Source: an uncultured virus (IMG/VR IMGVR_UViG_3300022867_000010)
Lineage: Duplodnaviria; Heunggongvirae; Uroviricota; Caudoviricetes
Virus record (IMG/VR): IMGVR_UViG_3300022867_000010
Length of the DNA: 64,000 nucleotides
Strand: one strand, 5' to 3'
The number at the start of each line of letters is the position of its first letter. Positions within the stretch are counted from its first letter, which is position 1. This document shows, one piece after another, positions 39,008 through 49,525 of this stretch. The translations under genes were made by a program, and so were the position numbers. Under the pieces are notes generated by a model that did not search any database, was not told the origin of the DNA, and saw only the letters and a list, made by a program, of their open reading frames with translations.

Positions 39008-40057
39008 TTATTCTTCCATTTCAGCAATGAACTCGTCGGACCACACCGCAGCTGCGCCGATGGTATATTGTCCTTCCACAAATTTCTGAAACTTCACGTC
39101 TTCGAGAATAGGGTTCCAGAATTCAGAATTCATGATTTCTTTCAGACGTTTGTTGCCACCAATTTCACCTGTCTCCTGATTTACAGGAGCATACCAACCA
39201 TTCTTAGGTTTGACAACATGACCAGATTCCATAGCGACTTCAAGTAAACCACTGTACTTTTCGATGCCACCTTCCCAAGAGACACTAACAGGTATTTTAG
39301 ACTTCTCTTTAACGAATCGAGATTTTTCCACATTAATCACAAAATCATAACCAGTAACTTCTGTTCCAGTTTTTGTTTGACGACGGCCGATAATCCAAAT
39401 GGTGTTCGCACTATAATAGATACCCGTACCACCAGATACAATCGCTCTACTAAACATTTCCATAGATTGGTAGGTATGATTAATCGCTAGCATAGGAATG
39501 GCTTTCATAGCAAGATAAGGTGTACACATTCGAAATAAACCTTTTAATGCTTTTGCTCGAGTCATATCAGCAACCGACTTTTCGTTAATCGCATCATCCA
39601 CTTCTTTCTTGCTAGCAAGGTTGCCGATAGAGTCAATTACTATAATAACTTTATCCTGTACTTCGATTTCTTCGAGTTGACTAACGATATCAAACTTTAG
39701 TTCTTCTACGTTGGTGATCGGTGTATGTAATACCCTACTAGTATCAATTCCGAAAGTTTCAAAATATGCCTGAGGCGAGCCAAATTCACTATCATAAAAT
39801 AGTATAACTGCATCGGCATGCTTTTTTAAATACGCGGCCGCCATTAGCAATGCGAAAGATGTTTTGAAGTGCTTCGAAGGTCCGGCCAACACCGTAAGTC
39901 CAGCGGTAAGACCGCCTTCTAATTTTCCTGATAATGCCACATTGATCATCGGCACATCAGTCTTTATTGTCTCGATGTTGCTAAACAACTTTGACTCAGA
40001 AAGAACCGCGGCCTGTTTCACCTTGGAGTTCTTCTTTAATTTATCCATCACGCTCAT
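39008..40057 (-). CDS. uvsX: RecA-like recombinase
   Basis: AGPSKHFKT, YDSEFG, DSIGNLAS and EKSRFVKEK motifs. Confidence 0.97.
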   Translation of the reverse strand: MSVMDKLKKNSKVKQAAVLSESKLFSNIETIKTDVPMINVALSGKLEGGLTAGLTVLAGPSKHFKTSFALLMAAAYLKKHADAVILFYDSEFGSPQAYFETFGIDTSRVLHTPITNVEELKFDIVSQLEEIEVQDKVIIVIDSIGNLASKKEVDDAINEKSVADMTRAKALKGLFRMCTPYLAMKAIPMLAINHTYQSMEMFSRAIVSGGTGIYYSANTIWIIGRRQTKTGTEVTGYDFVINVEKSRFVKEKSKIPVSVSWEGGIEKYSGLLEVAMESGHVVKPKNGWYAPVNQETGEIGGNKRLKEIMNSEFWNPILEDVKFQKFVEGQYTIGAAAVWSDEFIAEMEE

Positions 40058-40123
40058 ATATTTTTACCTGTAAATTGTTTGTTAAATGATATTATAACAC
40101 AAACTGACAGGGTTGTCAACCTA

Positions 40124-41599
40124 TTAATATCCATTAATTTCTTTATAAAGCGCAAAAGACATACTACCCATAGCGATGTTGTGTTTAGCCGAGATCATTA
40201 CAAGATTCGAAAATTCTGTCTTTCCACCCCTAGAGTGAGCAACAAGGTGACCGCCGTGAGCATCTTCCATTTTTAATGGTTTTCCATCTACTGCACATTT
40301 ATAACCTTGTTCCGCCAGTTTGGATTCTCGCATTGTCTTCGAAAAGAATCGTCTTGTGTCTTTGATTGTAATCAATTGGGTAAAATCAAGATATTGTGTA
40401 AACCAACCCAAACATGTTTTCATTCTTTCGGCATCATCATATTCACCCAATGTATCTTTGAACTGAAGACCTATTGTCTTGTTTTGATTGTAAGGAGATA
40501 CCTGATTCTCAGGCTCTTCCATATCAGCAACAGGTTTGAAGAATTTTTCATCCATTACTTTTTTCAATGCATCAAAATACGCCGCATCATCGATTATTTT
40601 GAATGAGCCGAACTCCTTTTCCATGTACATCCAAACCCTCTTAAACAACTCAAATTCTCTTTTACCAAGACCGCTATTCAATTTCATCTTTTTGACTTCA
40701 GCCATTCTTTTGACATGATCCAAGGTCTTATGTACCTTTTTCTTTAAATTATCAACCTTTTTAAAGTCCAAATCTTCATCAGAATACATCTCTAAAAGTT
40801 GTTTCTCAGCGGCTAAACCAATACCTCCTTTATCATCACTGTGATATCTATAGTATATTCTAGCAACAATTTCATCTATTTTGAGTCGGCTTGGGTCGAA
40901 TGTCAACCAAGCCAGATTCTTAACACTATAATCGAAAAGTGGGTGACACGTTGAGTTAATGCCCGCAACCAATCGCGCAGTTTCTCTAACCGCGTTGGCG
41001 ATTGCAATGTCTCCATAAGAGTTAAGAGTTTCTTGTCTGTTAACTGGAGTCGTCTTATTCAATGTTCTGAATATATCACCAATTTCACTTGGGGTTAAGT
41101 TAACATATACGGCAAAAAGCAAAGGATACTTCAAGAAATCATCTCTTTCTTCGTCTGAATAATCCACCCAAAGTTTTCCATCAACATGAAACTGGTTATT
41201 CACAAAAGCATAAATATATCTTTTTCTGTTGCCGCCATCAATACTTGCGAATGTGTAAGAATCAGCCGGAACTAGACCAGTACCCTTCTGAGAGATTCTC
41301 TTTCCATCGAACTGATAAGGTTTAAGCGCGGATTTTTTTGGAATTTTGTGAATAGTGATCTGACCGATATCATAACCTTTCATCATCGTAGAGATAATAC
41401 CTTGCGCCTTCGAAGGTGTTTTTTCGGTACCTTCCAATTTCGGAGCAACGTCTAAACGCTGACCAACAGGTTGAGTATCGATAATGTTATACAGTAATAA
41501 GTATTCTTTAACCGTGATGGTTTCACGAAAGAACTTAAGTCCTCTTTTTACATAAGGTTTGTTTTTACCCATTCCTAATAATTTATTCACATCAGACAT
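40124..41599 (-). CDS. DUF262 (ParB-like) plus C-terminal HNH protein, GmrSD-like architecture
   Basis: QR...I.T...G...IDGGNR...IF..LN; H...HSRGGKT..SNL.....HN. Confidence 0.7.
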   Translation of the reverse strand: MSDVNKLLGMGKNKPYVKRGLKFFRETITVKEYLLLYNIIDTQPVGQRLDVAPKLEGTEKTPSKAQGIISTMMKGYDIGQITIHKIPKKSALKPYQFDGKRISQKGTGLVPADSYTFASIDGGNRKRYIYAFVNNQFHVDGKLWVDYSDEERDDFLKYPLLFAVYVNLTPSEIGDIFRTLNKTTPVNRQETLNSYGDIAIANAVRETARLVAGINSTCHPLFDYSVKNLAWLTFDPSRLKIDEIVARIYYRYHSDDKGGIGLAAEKQLLEMYSDEDLDFKKVDNLKKKVHKTLDHVKRMAEVKKMKLNSGLGKREFELFKRVWMYMEKEFGSFKIIDDAAYFDALKKVMDEKFFKPVADMEEPENQVSPYNQNKTIGLQFKDTLGEYDDAERMKTCLGWFTQYLDFTQLITIKDTRRFFSKTMRESKLAEQGYKCAVDGKPLKMEDAHGGHLVAHSRGGKTEFSNLVMISAKHNIAMGSMSFALYKEINGY

Positions 41600-41630
41600 A
41601 ATATAGACTCTTCAATTAATTTATACATGT

Positions 41631-41705
41631 ATTATACCATAGGTGTGGTATAATGTCAACAACTGATTTCAGTTTTCTTATAACTTGTGGTTGTATCGAT
41701 ATAAC
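41631..41705 (-). promoter_or_regulatory. sigma70 promoter with upstream palindrome
   Basis: TTGACA 41659-41654; GTTGTATCGATATAAC 41690-41705. Confidence 0.8.
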
Positions 41706-42646
41706 TAATAGTTATTACGGTAAATGTATTCTATTGCTCTTTCTGCTTCCAATTCAAAAGGTCTTTGGCCGTACCAGTTTCCAGTCTCTAGATCGATTTG
41801 ACGGCATAATTGTGCAATTTCATGTGATGTTATAGGGTACTCCATTCGTACAGCATTCGCGGCTATCTGAACCATTAAGGAATACATTTTGTGATACCAG
41901 CCAGTCCCTGATATTTCCTTGTATTGATCAATCATGTACTTCTTGACGAACTTGCAGTCATGAAAAGACGTCCAAGACACTTTAGTTTGTTCCTGATTGT
42001 CCTTTCGTTGTTGTATAATCATTTCCTGCATAGCAGCAGGTAAGCGCTCGAAGAAGTTGCCACCGACTTTTCGTTCTGTAGGCGGCATAGGGTGTTTCTT
42101 TATAAGTTCGTCAACATCGAGTACAGCGCCAGTGTTTGTAAAGATAAAATTATTAGCACCATCATAACACGCAGGAATATAGTACATACGACTAAAATCT
42201 TTAACTTGTTGATCTCCCATTGAACCGAAAGTGGTGTTGAGAGCATACCAAAAGTCTCTAATGTTTTCCGTCTTGATGATATTTTTAACAGGAAACACCA
42301 ACCTGAATTTAGGTTTGTCTTTAGTACTTGAAGCTGTGCTATAACAAATATAGTAATAAGCACCAAATCTATTATGAAGTTCATCTTTTAAGTCTCCTTT
42401 ACATTCATGATCATCTATGTCGAGCGCGGCCCATGCGCCCCATCCGGTAACATTTTTGTTCGCTCTTGTTGTTCCTTCAATATAAGTAGCAGGAGATATC
42501 AAACAAGCATTTTTCTTTCCAGCACACGGTACCTTACTTAAACCATACAACAGCGACTCAAATTCAGCAAAGGTTTTAAACTCTGCCAATTTGTGAGTCT
42601 TGTTGTCATATAAATCATTAAATATGGTGAATGCAGTATCAGACAT
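41705..42646 (-). CDS. Primase-polymerase-like protein
   Basis: LDIDD, YSTAS...PKFRLVFP, D...KD.SR.YY.P motifs. Confidence 0.65.
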   Translation of the reverse strand: MSDTAFTIFNDLYDNKTHKLAEFKTFAEFESLLYGLSKVPCAGKKNACLISPATYIEGTTRANKNVTGWGAWAALDIDDHECKGDLKDELHNRFGAYYYICYSTASSTKDKPKFRLVFPVKNIIKTENIRDFWYALNTTFGSMGDQQVKDFSRMYYIPACYDGANNFIFTNTGAVLDVDELIKKHPMPPTERKVGGNFFERLPAAMQEMIIQQRKDNQEQTKVSWTSFHDCKFVKKYMIDQYKEISGTGWYHKMYSLMVQIAANAVRMEYPITSHEIAQLCRQIDLETGNWYGQRPFELEAERAIEYIYRNNY

Positions 42647-43595
42647 ATAGCTTGAAATATTCTATAGTTTTCTCAAGGCCCTGATGTAAACTTACTTTTG
42701 GTTCCCAATCTAATTCTTTCTTAGCTTTAGTTATATCTGGGCAGCGTTGCTTAGGATCATCGAGAGGAAGGGGTTTATTTACGATTTTAGATTTAGTGTC
42801 AGTCATCGCAATTACCACCTCGGCCAGTTCACGTATTGTAAATTCTACAGGATTGCCAAGATTAAAACAAGGGTTGTTTAAATTTACATTTGTATTCATT
42901 AAACTAACAAGACCGTCAACCAAATCATCAACATATTGGAATGATCTTGTTTGAGTACCATCTCCATATATTGTAATGTCTTCACCACGAAGTGCCTGCA
43001 TTATAAAGTTTGACACCACTCGCCCATCAAGTGGGTCCATTTGTGGCCCGTAGGTGTTGAATATTCTAGCAATCTTCACCTCAGTCCCGTATGATCTGTT
43101 ATAATCCAAACATAAAGATTCTGCGGCACGTTTACCTTCGTCATAACAACTACGAATACCATTTGGATTTACATTACCAAAATATGATTCTGGTTGCGGA
43201 GTGATGCTTGGGTCTCCATAAACTTCACTGGTAGATGCCTGAATTATAGGACATTTATTTGACCGAGCTATTTCTAGGACATTTATCATGCCGTAGACAT
43301 TCGTTTTCATTGTGTGTACAGGATCGTTTTGATATGCTGGAGGTGAAGCAGCACAGGCTAAGTTGAATATCATATCAACAGACATCATAGAATAAGGGTT
43401 TATAATATCGTGTTCAACCACAGTGAAGGGCATACCTTTCGCTGTATCCGAGTTTGGATTCAAATGCTTGATATTAACCATTCTGCCGGTTTGAAAATTG
43501 TCTAGACAAATGACCTCATGACCGGCGCCCAACAATCTTTTACAAAGATGGCCGCCTATAAATCCTGCGCCGCCTGTTACCAGTATTTTACTCAT
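42639..43595 (-). CDS. UDP-glucuronate decarboxylase (UDP-xylose synthase family)
   Basis: [43 protein letters not shown] and [10 protein letters not shown]. Confidence 0.88.
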   Translation of the reverse strand: MSKILVTGGAGFIGGHLCKRLLGAGHEVICLDNFQTGRMVNIKHLNPNSDTAKGMPFTVVEHDIINPYSMMSVDMIFNLACAASPPAYQNDPVHTMKTNVYGMINVLEIARSNKCPIIQASTSEVYGDPSITPQPESYFGNVNPNGIRSCYDEGKRAAESLCLDYNRSYGTEVKIARIFNTYGPQMDPLDGRVVSNFIMQALRGEDITIYGDGTQTRSFQYVDDLVDGLVSLMNTNVNLNNPCFNLGNPVEFTIRELAEVVIAMTDTKSKIVNKPLPLDDPKQRCPDITKAKKELDWEPKVSLHQGLEKTIEYFKLYV

Positions 43596-43884
43596 CTTCT
43601 ACATCCACGTAGCGTAGCAGAGTATCTTCAAATCGATCAAGTTGTGGAAACCAAATAGACTTAGTTTTATGTGTCATAGGTTGTTCCATTCTTTCTGCAA
43701 ATAATTGATAGTCTTCTTCACATCTAAAACGTACCCTTACTATACGATGCACTCCGGCCTCGTCTCGTTTACCACTAGAATCATGAACATACTCAGGCAT
43801 GCCATCCCAATCTAATGGCATGGATTCTTCTTCTTGTCCAGTATTGACAAATAAACTGTTTACTACAGGTCTTTTAACGGCCAT
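43588..43884 (-). CDS. Small protein adjacent to the glycosyltransferase
   Basis: W.GMPEY...VRF..EED...F...TKSIWFP. Confidence 0.6.
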   Translation of the reverse strand: MAVKRPVVNSLFVNTGQEEESMPLDWDGMPEYVHDSSGKRDEAGVHRIVRVRFRCEEDYQLFAERMEQPMTHKTKSIWFPQLDRFEDTLLRYVDVEDE

Positions 43885-43950
43885 GGCCTGATATTCCTCA
43901 TTTAATTAGATTATAATCTATTATAACACAAAGAGATGGTGTTGTCAACC

Positions 43951-44802
43951 TTAATCAACCTTCGGTTCTTCTAGTCTGGTTAATTCCATTCCGTAGTTAT
44001 CAACACCTTTTTTAATGTTAAGGCCTTCTTTCTTGATTAATCGGTTATTCTCGAAAGATCGATAGTCCACATGATGATGCCACCGGCCGTATTTTTCCAC
44101 AATCTCTACAACATCTGGGTGTTGATCATACAAAGACTTGGCAAACTTGAATCGATTGTCTTTGTCAGCGCCATAGACTTCATCGGTATTACCACCTTTC
44201 ATGCTCAGAGTACCTGTTTTACCGCAAAGAAAAGCATTGAACAATATAGTACAATCCCCGTCTTTCAACACTCTAAGACTTAGATCAGTGTCCTCATTAT
44301 ATTTGCCGCGCCACCGGTGAACAGTATCGTTGGCAATTAACAAACAACTGTAGACGCGAGTGTTTGCCAGATATGCTGGACGAGTAGTAGATCGCTTTGG
44401 TATAAAATAGAAATATTGCATTCCCGCAATCTTGACATTTTCATATCGATCTGTAAAATCCTCTGCGGCACGAAAAGTTGTGCCAGAAGTTACACGGACT
44501 CGTTTGTTCTTGTTGAATCGATAAAAACATTTAATGTTGTCGTCAAGAATCCAGTGGCGTTCATGGCCTTCAGATATACTGTGATCCCAAACCCAATTTC
44601 TAGCAGGTATACTTCCTTGCCCTAGATTGCTGAACGGCAACACCAATATTTTAGCAGGGTCAATAACCGCAGCATATTCATCATACTCCTGAGGCTCGAT
44701 TACAATCCTGTAGGGAACCTTCATCAGTTCCAAAGCATCTGAAGTCTGGCGAGATTCCCACCGACCCTTCGATATAATATAGACAGGATATTTCGGGTTC
44801 AT
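43951..44802 (-). CDS. GREB1/TAGT-like GT-A glycosyltransferase
   Basis: YPVYIISKGR, ARN, HWILDDNI, NEDTDL and GGNT motifs. Confidence 0.75.
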   Translation of the reverse strand: MNPKYPVYIISKGRWESRQTSDALELMKVPYRIVIEPQEYDEYAAVIDPAKILVLPFSNLGQGSIPARNWVWDHSISEGHERHWILDDNIKCFYRFNKNKRVRVTSGTTFRAAEDFTDRYENVKIAGMQYFYFIPKRSTTRPAYLANTRVYSCLLIANDTVHRWRGKYNEDTDLSLRVLKDGDCTILFNAFLCGKTGTLSMKGGNTDEVYGADKDNRFKFAKSLYDQHPDVVEIVEKYGRWHHHVDYRSFENNRLIKKEGLNIKKGVDNYGMELTRLEEPKVD

Positions 44803-45191
44803 TTATAATCGCCCAATAAAGGTAACAGATTTGGTTCAGAATAATCCTCTCCTTTCAAAATCTTACCATCACTTCGATATATAGGATTGCCGAATTGATC
44901 CAATTTTGACATATTAGAACGTTGAACTTCATTAAAGGTTAAGTCTAGAGGTATACCGTAGGTATGGCCTGCACCGTATGTCACATACAGAATATCAGTT
45001 AAGGCATCCGCTATCTCAACCATATCGTCATCGAGCACCGCCGCCTCTAATTCTAAGAGTTCTTCCCGTATCAATTCGATGCGAAGCAAGGCCTCGGCTT
45101 TAGTTGGAAAAGCCGGAAATGTTCGTACAGGTTGCCCAAAGGTTTCCATGAAACGCCCTACTTTTGCAAAGTTACTTTCAGAATTACTCAT
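44799..45191 (-). CDS. MazG-like NTP pyrophosphohydrolase
   Basis: LIREELLE...EIADALTDILYVTYG...EVQRSNMSK. Confidence 0.85.
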   Translation of the reverse strand: MSNSESNFAKVGRFMETFGQPVRTFPAFPTKAEALLRIELIREELLELEAAVLDDDMVEIADALTDILYVTYGAGHTYGIPLDLTFNEVQRSNMSKLDQFGNPIYRSDGKILKGEDYSEPNLLPLLGDYK

Positions 45192-45253
45192 AATTATCTT
45201 TTCCTGTTTATACATGTATTATACACTAATTATTAGTGTTTGTCAACAACTAT

Positions 45254-47755
45254 TTACATAAAGTCAAGAAGACTCGTGGTTGGTTCGATTTCCCAACCTA
45301 TGGCTGTCAATATAGGCAATATGGCGTTTGTAAATGATTTTTCAAACTGCGTATTATAATCTATGTGTCTATTCAACTGAAGTTCTGGTGGCAAATAATC
45401 AGGATATGATATCACATTTTCTCTGATAGGATTAGGCACCTTTAGATAACAGAACTTTATCTTTTCACCATTCTTGGCCAGATCGTATTCTTTTAATCCG
45501 CGGTCATTAATATGGTGATTATAAAGCAAAGCACCTCTGACATGGATAGGAGTTCTTTTTCCGTATATCGTAAGATTGTTCTGAAACTTGCCGATATCAC
45601 TTAATCCACGAGGAAAAGAAATGTCTTCAATAGGCAGGGTGAAGAATTTCGTCTTGAACTCCGCAATTGATTTTTGTGTTTTTTCTTCTGATCCAGATAT
45701 AATGACCTTGAACATAGATTTTAGCGCTTCACGACAAACCGCAGGAGTGCTTGATTTAATTGCCTCGATACCCATAATTTTCATCTTAGGTTCTGCATAT
45801 TGAACACCTTCGCTGTTGTGTACATTCAGTATATAGCGTTTCTTCGCAGTCCATATACCAATATCGGCAATAACTTCTCTTTCCATAACCATACGATTTT
45901 CATAAGCATCAGCATTGGTTGCCATTCTAGCATATGATTGTGCTATCATAGGTTCAAATTGATCTTTGCACATTTTATCAATCAACTCAACAGTCTTTGC
46001 TTTATCTTCACCTAAACCAAGTTTCTTAACTAAAGGCCCGAAGTTTAAATAATTAGAATCTGTATCAGCGGCCACAACATAGTCAACATCAACAGAATCT
46101 ACAATCCGATTCATAAACTTATTGAATGCTTTATCGGCCCAACGAACTGCAAGTTGACCAGACAAAGTAATTGCTTCTGCTATACGAACATCGTAATGTC
46201 TGAAATGTCGATTACCCATAGCACCATACAAACTGTTCATAAGTATCTTGATTGACATTTGCTGATTGTCTAAAATAGAGATAGCTTTTTCTAATCTAAA
46301 CACTTCCTGTTTATCCGCTTTATCTACATTCTGCAATAATTGCTGATTGGCCAACATCGCCTTCTTGATTTCTTTTCGCTGTGCATAATAATCTACGATG
46401 ATCTCTGGGATTATACCTCTTGAATCCTTGGTAAAATGAGCACCGTTAACTGCCATAGAAGTGTTTGGGTGTACATTAATAGGTTGTTGTTCGTCCAAAA
46501 ATAGATCAACATCACAACCTCTGGTCGTTGGGTCAAGAATAGTCTCGGGAGACATATTAAACTGTGTGATAATAAGAGGATAAAGTGAAGCCAAATCGAA
46601 TGAAACAATCCAATTGTGAAGTCCAACTTGCACAGGTTTGACATAACCACCAACAAAGGGAATCTTCGCTTTGCTTGTCTTGGGTTGCAGTACAATGTTT
46701 CTATCATGGAGCTTTCTGTATATAATAGCATCCCAAATTGCTGTTGTACCCATTGTGTCCTGATAATTCACACCGCCTCGATAGGCCATGGTCATTGCAA
46801 GCGAGATCAATCCTAATTTATCTTCAATGCGGTTAACAAGTTCAACGTCTTTGATGTTGTAGTCAATAAACAACTGAAAGTTTTCCGTATAAAGACCATG
46901 CAAACCTTTGTATTCCTCATAAGAGATCTTTCGTTCACCAAGAACAACCGACGCAATATGATCTAACTTATAAGATTCCTGAGCGCCAAGAGTATTCAAT
47001 GTGAACTTTTTAAATAGCTCTAGATAATCTAAGGATGCTACACCTGTAATCTCCCAAGTTTGTTGCTTCTTGCCAAATATATTTACATCTCTTGGAGATA
47101 TAAGACCCCAAGGAGATAATTTCTTGGCAAATTCTTCACCAAGTACTCGCGTTATCCTGTTAACCAAATATGGTATATCATAAAACCGAGTGTTCCAACC
47201 AGTAATAACATCCGGTGTATTAATTGGAGACGACCAATGTGAAACGAATCTCATTAGCATATTTGCTTCGTCTGAGCATTGGTGATACTCTACGTCTTTA
47301 CGTCTATTATCATATGCTTTCATGCCCCAGACATAATATCTATCTTTTTGCCATAATGCAATAGATATAATTCGATTCGCCGCTGTGTCTGGCGCTGACC
47401 ACCCATCATCATATTCAGTTTCAATGTCGATATTAGCAACATTTATCTCGTCCCGATTGAATGATGTTTTGCCTGGGTATTGTTCCTGAATGTGTTGAAC
47501 AATATAGTTTTGATTGCCGTATACTTCGAAGTTAGGGACGTCCTTGTATTGATCAACAAAATCCTTTGCTTCTCGCATGGAGTCGAATTTAATAGGGGAA
47601 ACGTCGATCCCATGAAGTGATTTGTGAGAACCGTCACTGTCAGGGATATACAGTGTAGGTTTAAACTTTACTCGTTTCTGATCGCGGTGACCGTCTTTAT
47701 AACCACGATAAAGCAGAGAATTGCCGTATCTGGCTACGTTGGTGTAATATCTCAT
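45254..47755 (-). CDS. 43: Family B DNA polymerase (gp43)
   Basis: DIET, GWN..FYD, SFDLASLYP, KILMNSLYG, DTDS and KKRY motifs. Confidence 0.97.
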   Translation of the reverse strand: MRYYTNVARYGNSLLYRGYKDGHRDQKRVKFKPTLYIPDSDGSHKSLHGIDVSPIKFDSMREAKDFVDQYKDVPNFEVYGNQNYIVQHIQEQYPGKTSFNRDEINVANIDIETEYDDGWSAPDTAANRIISIALWQKDRYYVWGMKAYDNRRKDVEYHQCSDEANMLMRFVSHWSSPINTPDVITGWNTRFYDIPYLVNRITRVLGEEFAKKLSPWGLISPRDVNIFGKKQQTWEITGVASLDYLELFKKFTLNTLGAQESYKLDHIASVVLGERKISYEEYKGLHGLYTENFQLFIDYNIKDVELVNRIEDKLGLISLAMTMAYRGGVNYQDTMGTTAIWDAIIYRKLHDRNIVLQPKTSKAKIPFVGGYVKPVQVGLHNWIVSFDLASLYPLIITQFNMSPETILDPTTRGCDVDLFLDEQQPINVHPNTSMAVNGAHFTKDSRGIIPEIIVDYYAQRKEIKKAMLANQQLLQNVDKADKQEVFRLEKAISILDNQQMSIKILMNSLYGAMGNRHFRHYDVRIAEAITLSGQLAVRWADKAFNKFMNRIVDSVDVDYVVAADTDSNYLNFGPLVKKLGLGEDKAKTVELIDKMCKDQFEPMIAQSYARMATNADAYENRMVMEREVIADIGIWTAKKRYILNVHNSEGVQYAEPKMKIMGIEAIKSSTPAVCREALKSMFKVIISGSEEKTQKSIAEFKTKFFTLPIEDISFPRGLSDIGKFQNNLTIYGKRTPIHVRGALLYNHHINDRGLKEYDLAKNGEKIKFCYLKVPNPIRENVISYPDYLPPELQLNRHIDYNTQFEKSFTNAILPILTAIGWEIEPTTSLLDFM

Positions 47756-47815
47756 ATGAATCCATAATTAAGTGGGTAAACCCATTATATCATAATAATG
47801 GGTACTTGTCAATGT

Positions 47816-48115
47816 TTAATAAACTATTTTGGATTCTGGCGTAATGATTTGTTGAGTTTCGGGAAAAATGCTTCTATAATGGGCCAACAATTCCGCATTA
47901 GGTTCAGTCATGAACAATATTGCCTCTACGTTCAGATCTAGACCTTCGTCCAAATCTGCGTAAGGCATAAATCTGCCGACAGCAAGACCTTCATCAGTCG
48001 GTATGATTATGGAAATGTCGTTTATAGTCATTTTACCAAGTGTGTACGATGCTGTGATTTCTGCCAGAAGTTCTTCACCTGAAGTCAATCTTATTAAACT
48101 TATTTTATTCGTCAT
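47816..48115 (-). CDS. Conserved T4-like hypothetical protein
   Basis: LIRLTSGEELLA motif. Confidence 0.6.
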   Translation of the reverse strand: MTNKISLIRLTSGEELLAEITASYTLGKMTINDISIIIPTDEGLAVGRFMPYADLDEGLDLNVEAILFMTEPNAELLAHYRSIFPETQQIITPESKIVY

Positions 48116-48142
48116 AATGTATATTCTCTTTAATGTAGTTTG

Positions 48143-48565
48143 TTAGCTAGCAGTACCTATATTGTATTTGGGTATAAGTTCCCATTTATATTTGTCTTTA
48201 TGTGAAATGATTTTAATTTGTTTCAGAGGAGCAACATCTGCGGCCTGATCTTCATTTAGTATCGTAATCAATCCCCAATCAGACAATAATGTCGTAATGC
48301 TATTTCTTCTCTGAATATCATTTTCAAACAAGTTAGACGATTTTCCATCTAATAAAAACAGTTCTTTAAAATGTACTATAAAATAGTGTCCTTGTTTGTG
48401 TAATATATGGCATGATTGAAATAGTCTATTTTCTTTTTTCGAAGCAACACCCATACGCGTAAGAGTTTCTCTTACCTTTAAAAAATCGTCTGGAGCACTA
48501 AGAGAGACTTCTAGCATACAAGCCGGAGTCCATTCAATTACTACGTTTTCGTTTTCCTGTTCCAC
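48143..48565 (-). CDS. regA: Translational repressor RegA
   Basis: DDFLKVRETLTRMG...QSCHILHKQG.YFIVHFKEL. Confidence 0.95.
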   Translation of the reverse strand: MEQENENVVIEWTPACMLEVSLSAPDDFLKVRETLTRMGVASKKENRLFQSCHILHKQGHYFIVHFKELFLLDGKSSNLFENDIQRRNSITTLLSDWGLITILNEDQAADVAPLKQIKIISHKDKYKWELIPKYNIGTAS

Positions 48566-48938
48566 CTTGGCACACCCTTTTGGATAGTTTTATCACTTGT
48601 TCATTAGATAATATTTTCAAAACTTGGCGAGCCTTTTCGTTACTATAGCCATAATATGTTTTGATCACATCGATATCGCTTGATTCCTCAGCTTTAAACC
48701 ACTTGGAGAATCGTTTGCGTTTCCTTAAAGTATTTATATAAAAGTGAAACTGCAATTTAGAATCAAGGTGATATGCTCTATTCATTTCATTTGCAAAGAG
48801 TATGCTATCTTCAAAATATGAAAGACCTCGATTGACAACAAACGGAGCATATGCTTTTTCGTCTATGTCATCAACCATAATATCCTGCTTAGTTGTGTTT
48901 ATAGCATTCAGATAATCGAAGGGCGACAGTGCACTCAT
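48534..48938 (-). CDS. 62: Clamp loader small subunit (gp62)
   Basis: Y.PF.VNR.LS...RKRFSKW...YYGYS.EKA; synteny. Confidence 0.9.
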   Translation of the reverse strand: MSALSPFDYLNAINTTKQDIMVDDIDEKAYAPFVVNRGLSYFEDSILFANEMNRAYHLDSKLQFHFYINTLRKRKRFSKWFKAEESSDIDVIKTYYGYSNEKARQVLKILSNEQVIKLSKRVCQGGTGKRKRSN

Positions 48939-49525
48939 TAAGATATAGCTATGATTAGTTGTTGCATACGAAGAACGTCTACGACAATATCGTGCTCCGG
49001 GTCATGTTTTTTAAACTTTTTTCCCAATCCGTCGGGCATAAAGCTATTTTTGATATCAGAACCATAAGATAAACCTTCAATAAAAGATCTTGTGTCTCGT
49101 ACAGTCCAGAAGTTATGCGGTTCGGGGTAACCTAATTGCTTTGCCCATGCAGTTGTAATCATTGGGTCAAATGTATTTCCACGAGTAAAGACTCGGGTCA
49201 CACCAGCCGCTTCATTTTTAATGATTCCGATAAGATTAGTAATAGATTGATCTACTCCTGGATTAGGAACCAATTGAGTATTTCTTACGGCTGCAGGCAG
49301 CGCTTCCCACCATGCTACAGTTTCTAAATTAATCTTTCGTTTATAGGTTTTTACCTGTTCTGCCACGTCAAATTTGAAGAATTTAGTTGCATCTAGCAAC
49401 TCTTGAAATGTGTATGGATTTGTTGTGAATCTTTCTGGTTCATATCGCATCGTGGCGATAGATAATACAGGCAAGGTAACCACGTCAGTGTCTAGTGTTT
49501 CGTAATCGTATATTAAGTTAGTCAT
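48938..49525 (-). CDS. dexA: DexA-like 3'-5' exonuclease
   Basis: DYETL, T..WW, RGNTFD, RDTRS and HD..HD...D motifs. Confidence 0.8.
   Translation of the reverse strand: MTNLIYDYETLDTDVVTLPVLSIATMRYEPERFTTNPYTFQELLDATKFFKFDVAEQVKTYKRKINLETVAWWEALPAAVRNTQLVPNPGVDQSITNLIGIIKNEAAGVTRVFTRGNTFDPMITTAWAKQLGYPEPHNFWTVRDTRSFIEGLSYGSDIKNSFMPDGLGKKFKKHDPEHDIVVDVLRMQQLIIAIS

Noticed and set aside
45254..47755. Intein or intron in genes 43 or 41
   Set aside because: Both have normal lengths and contiguous motifs.
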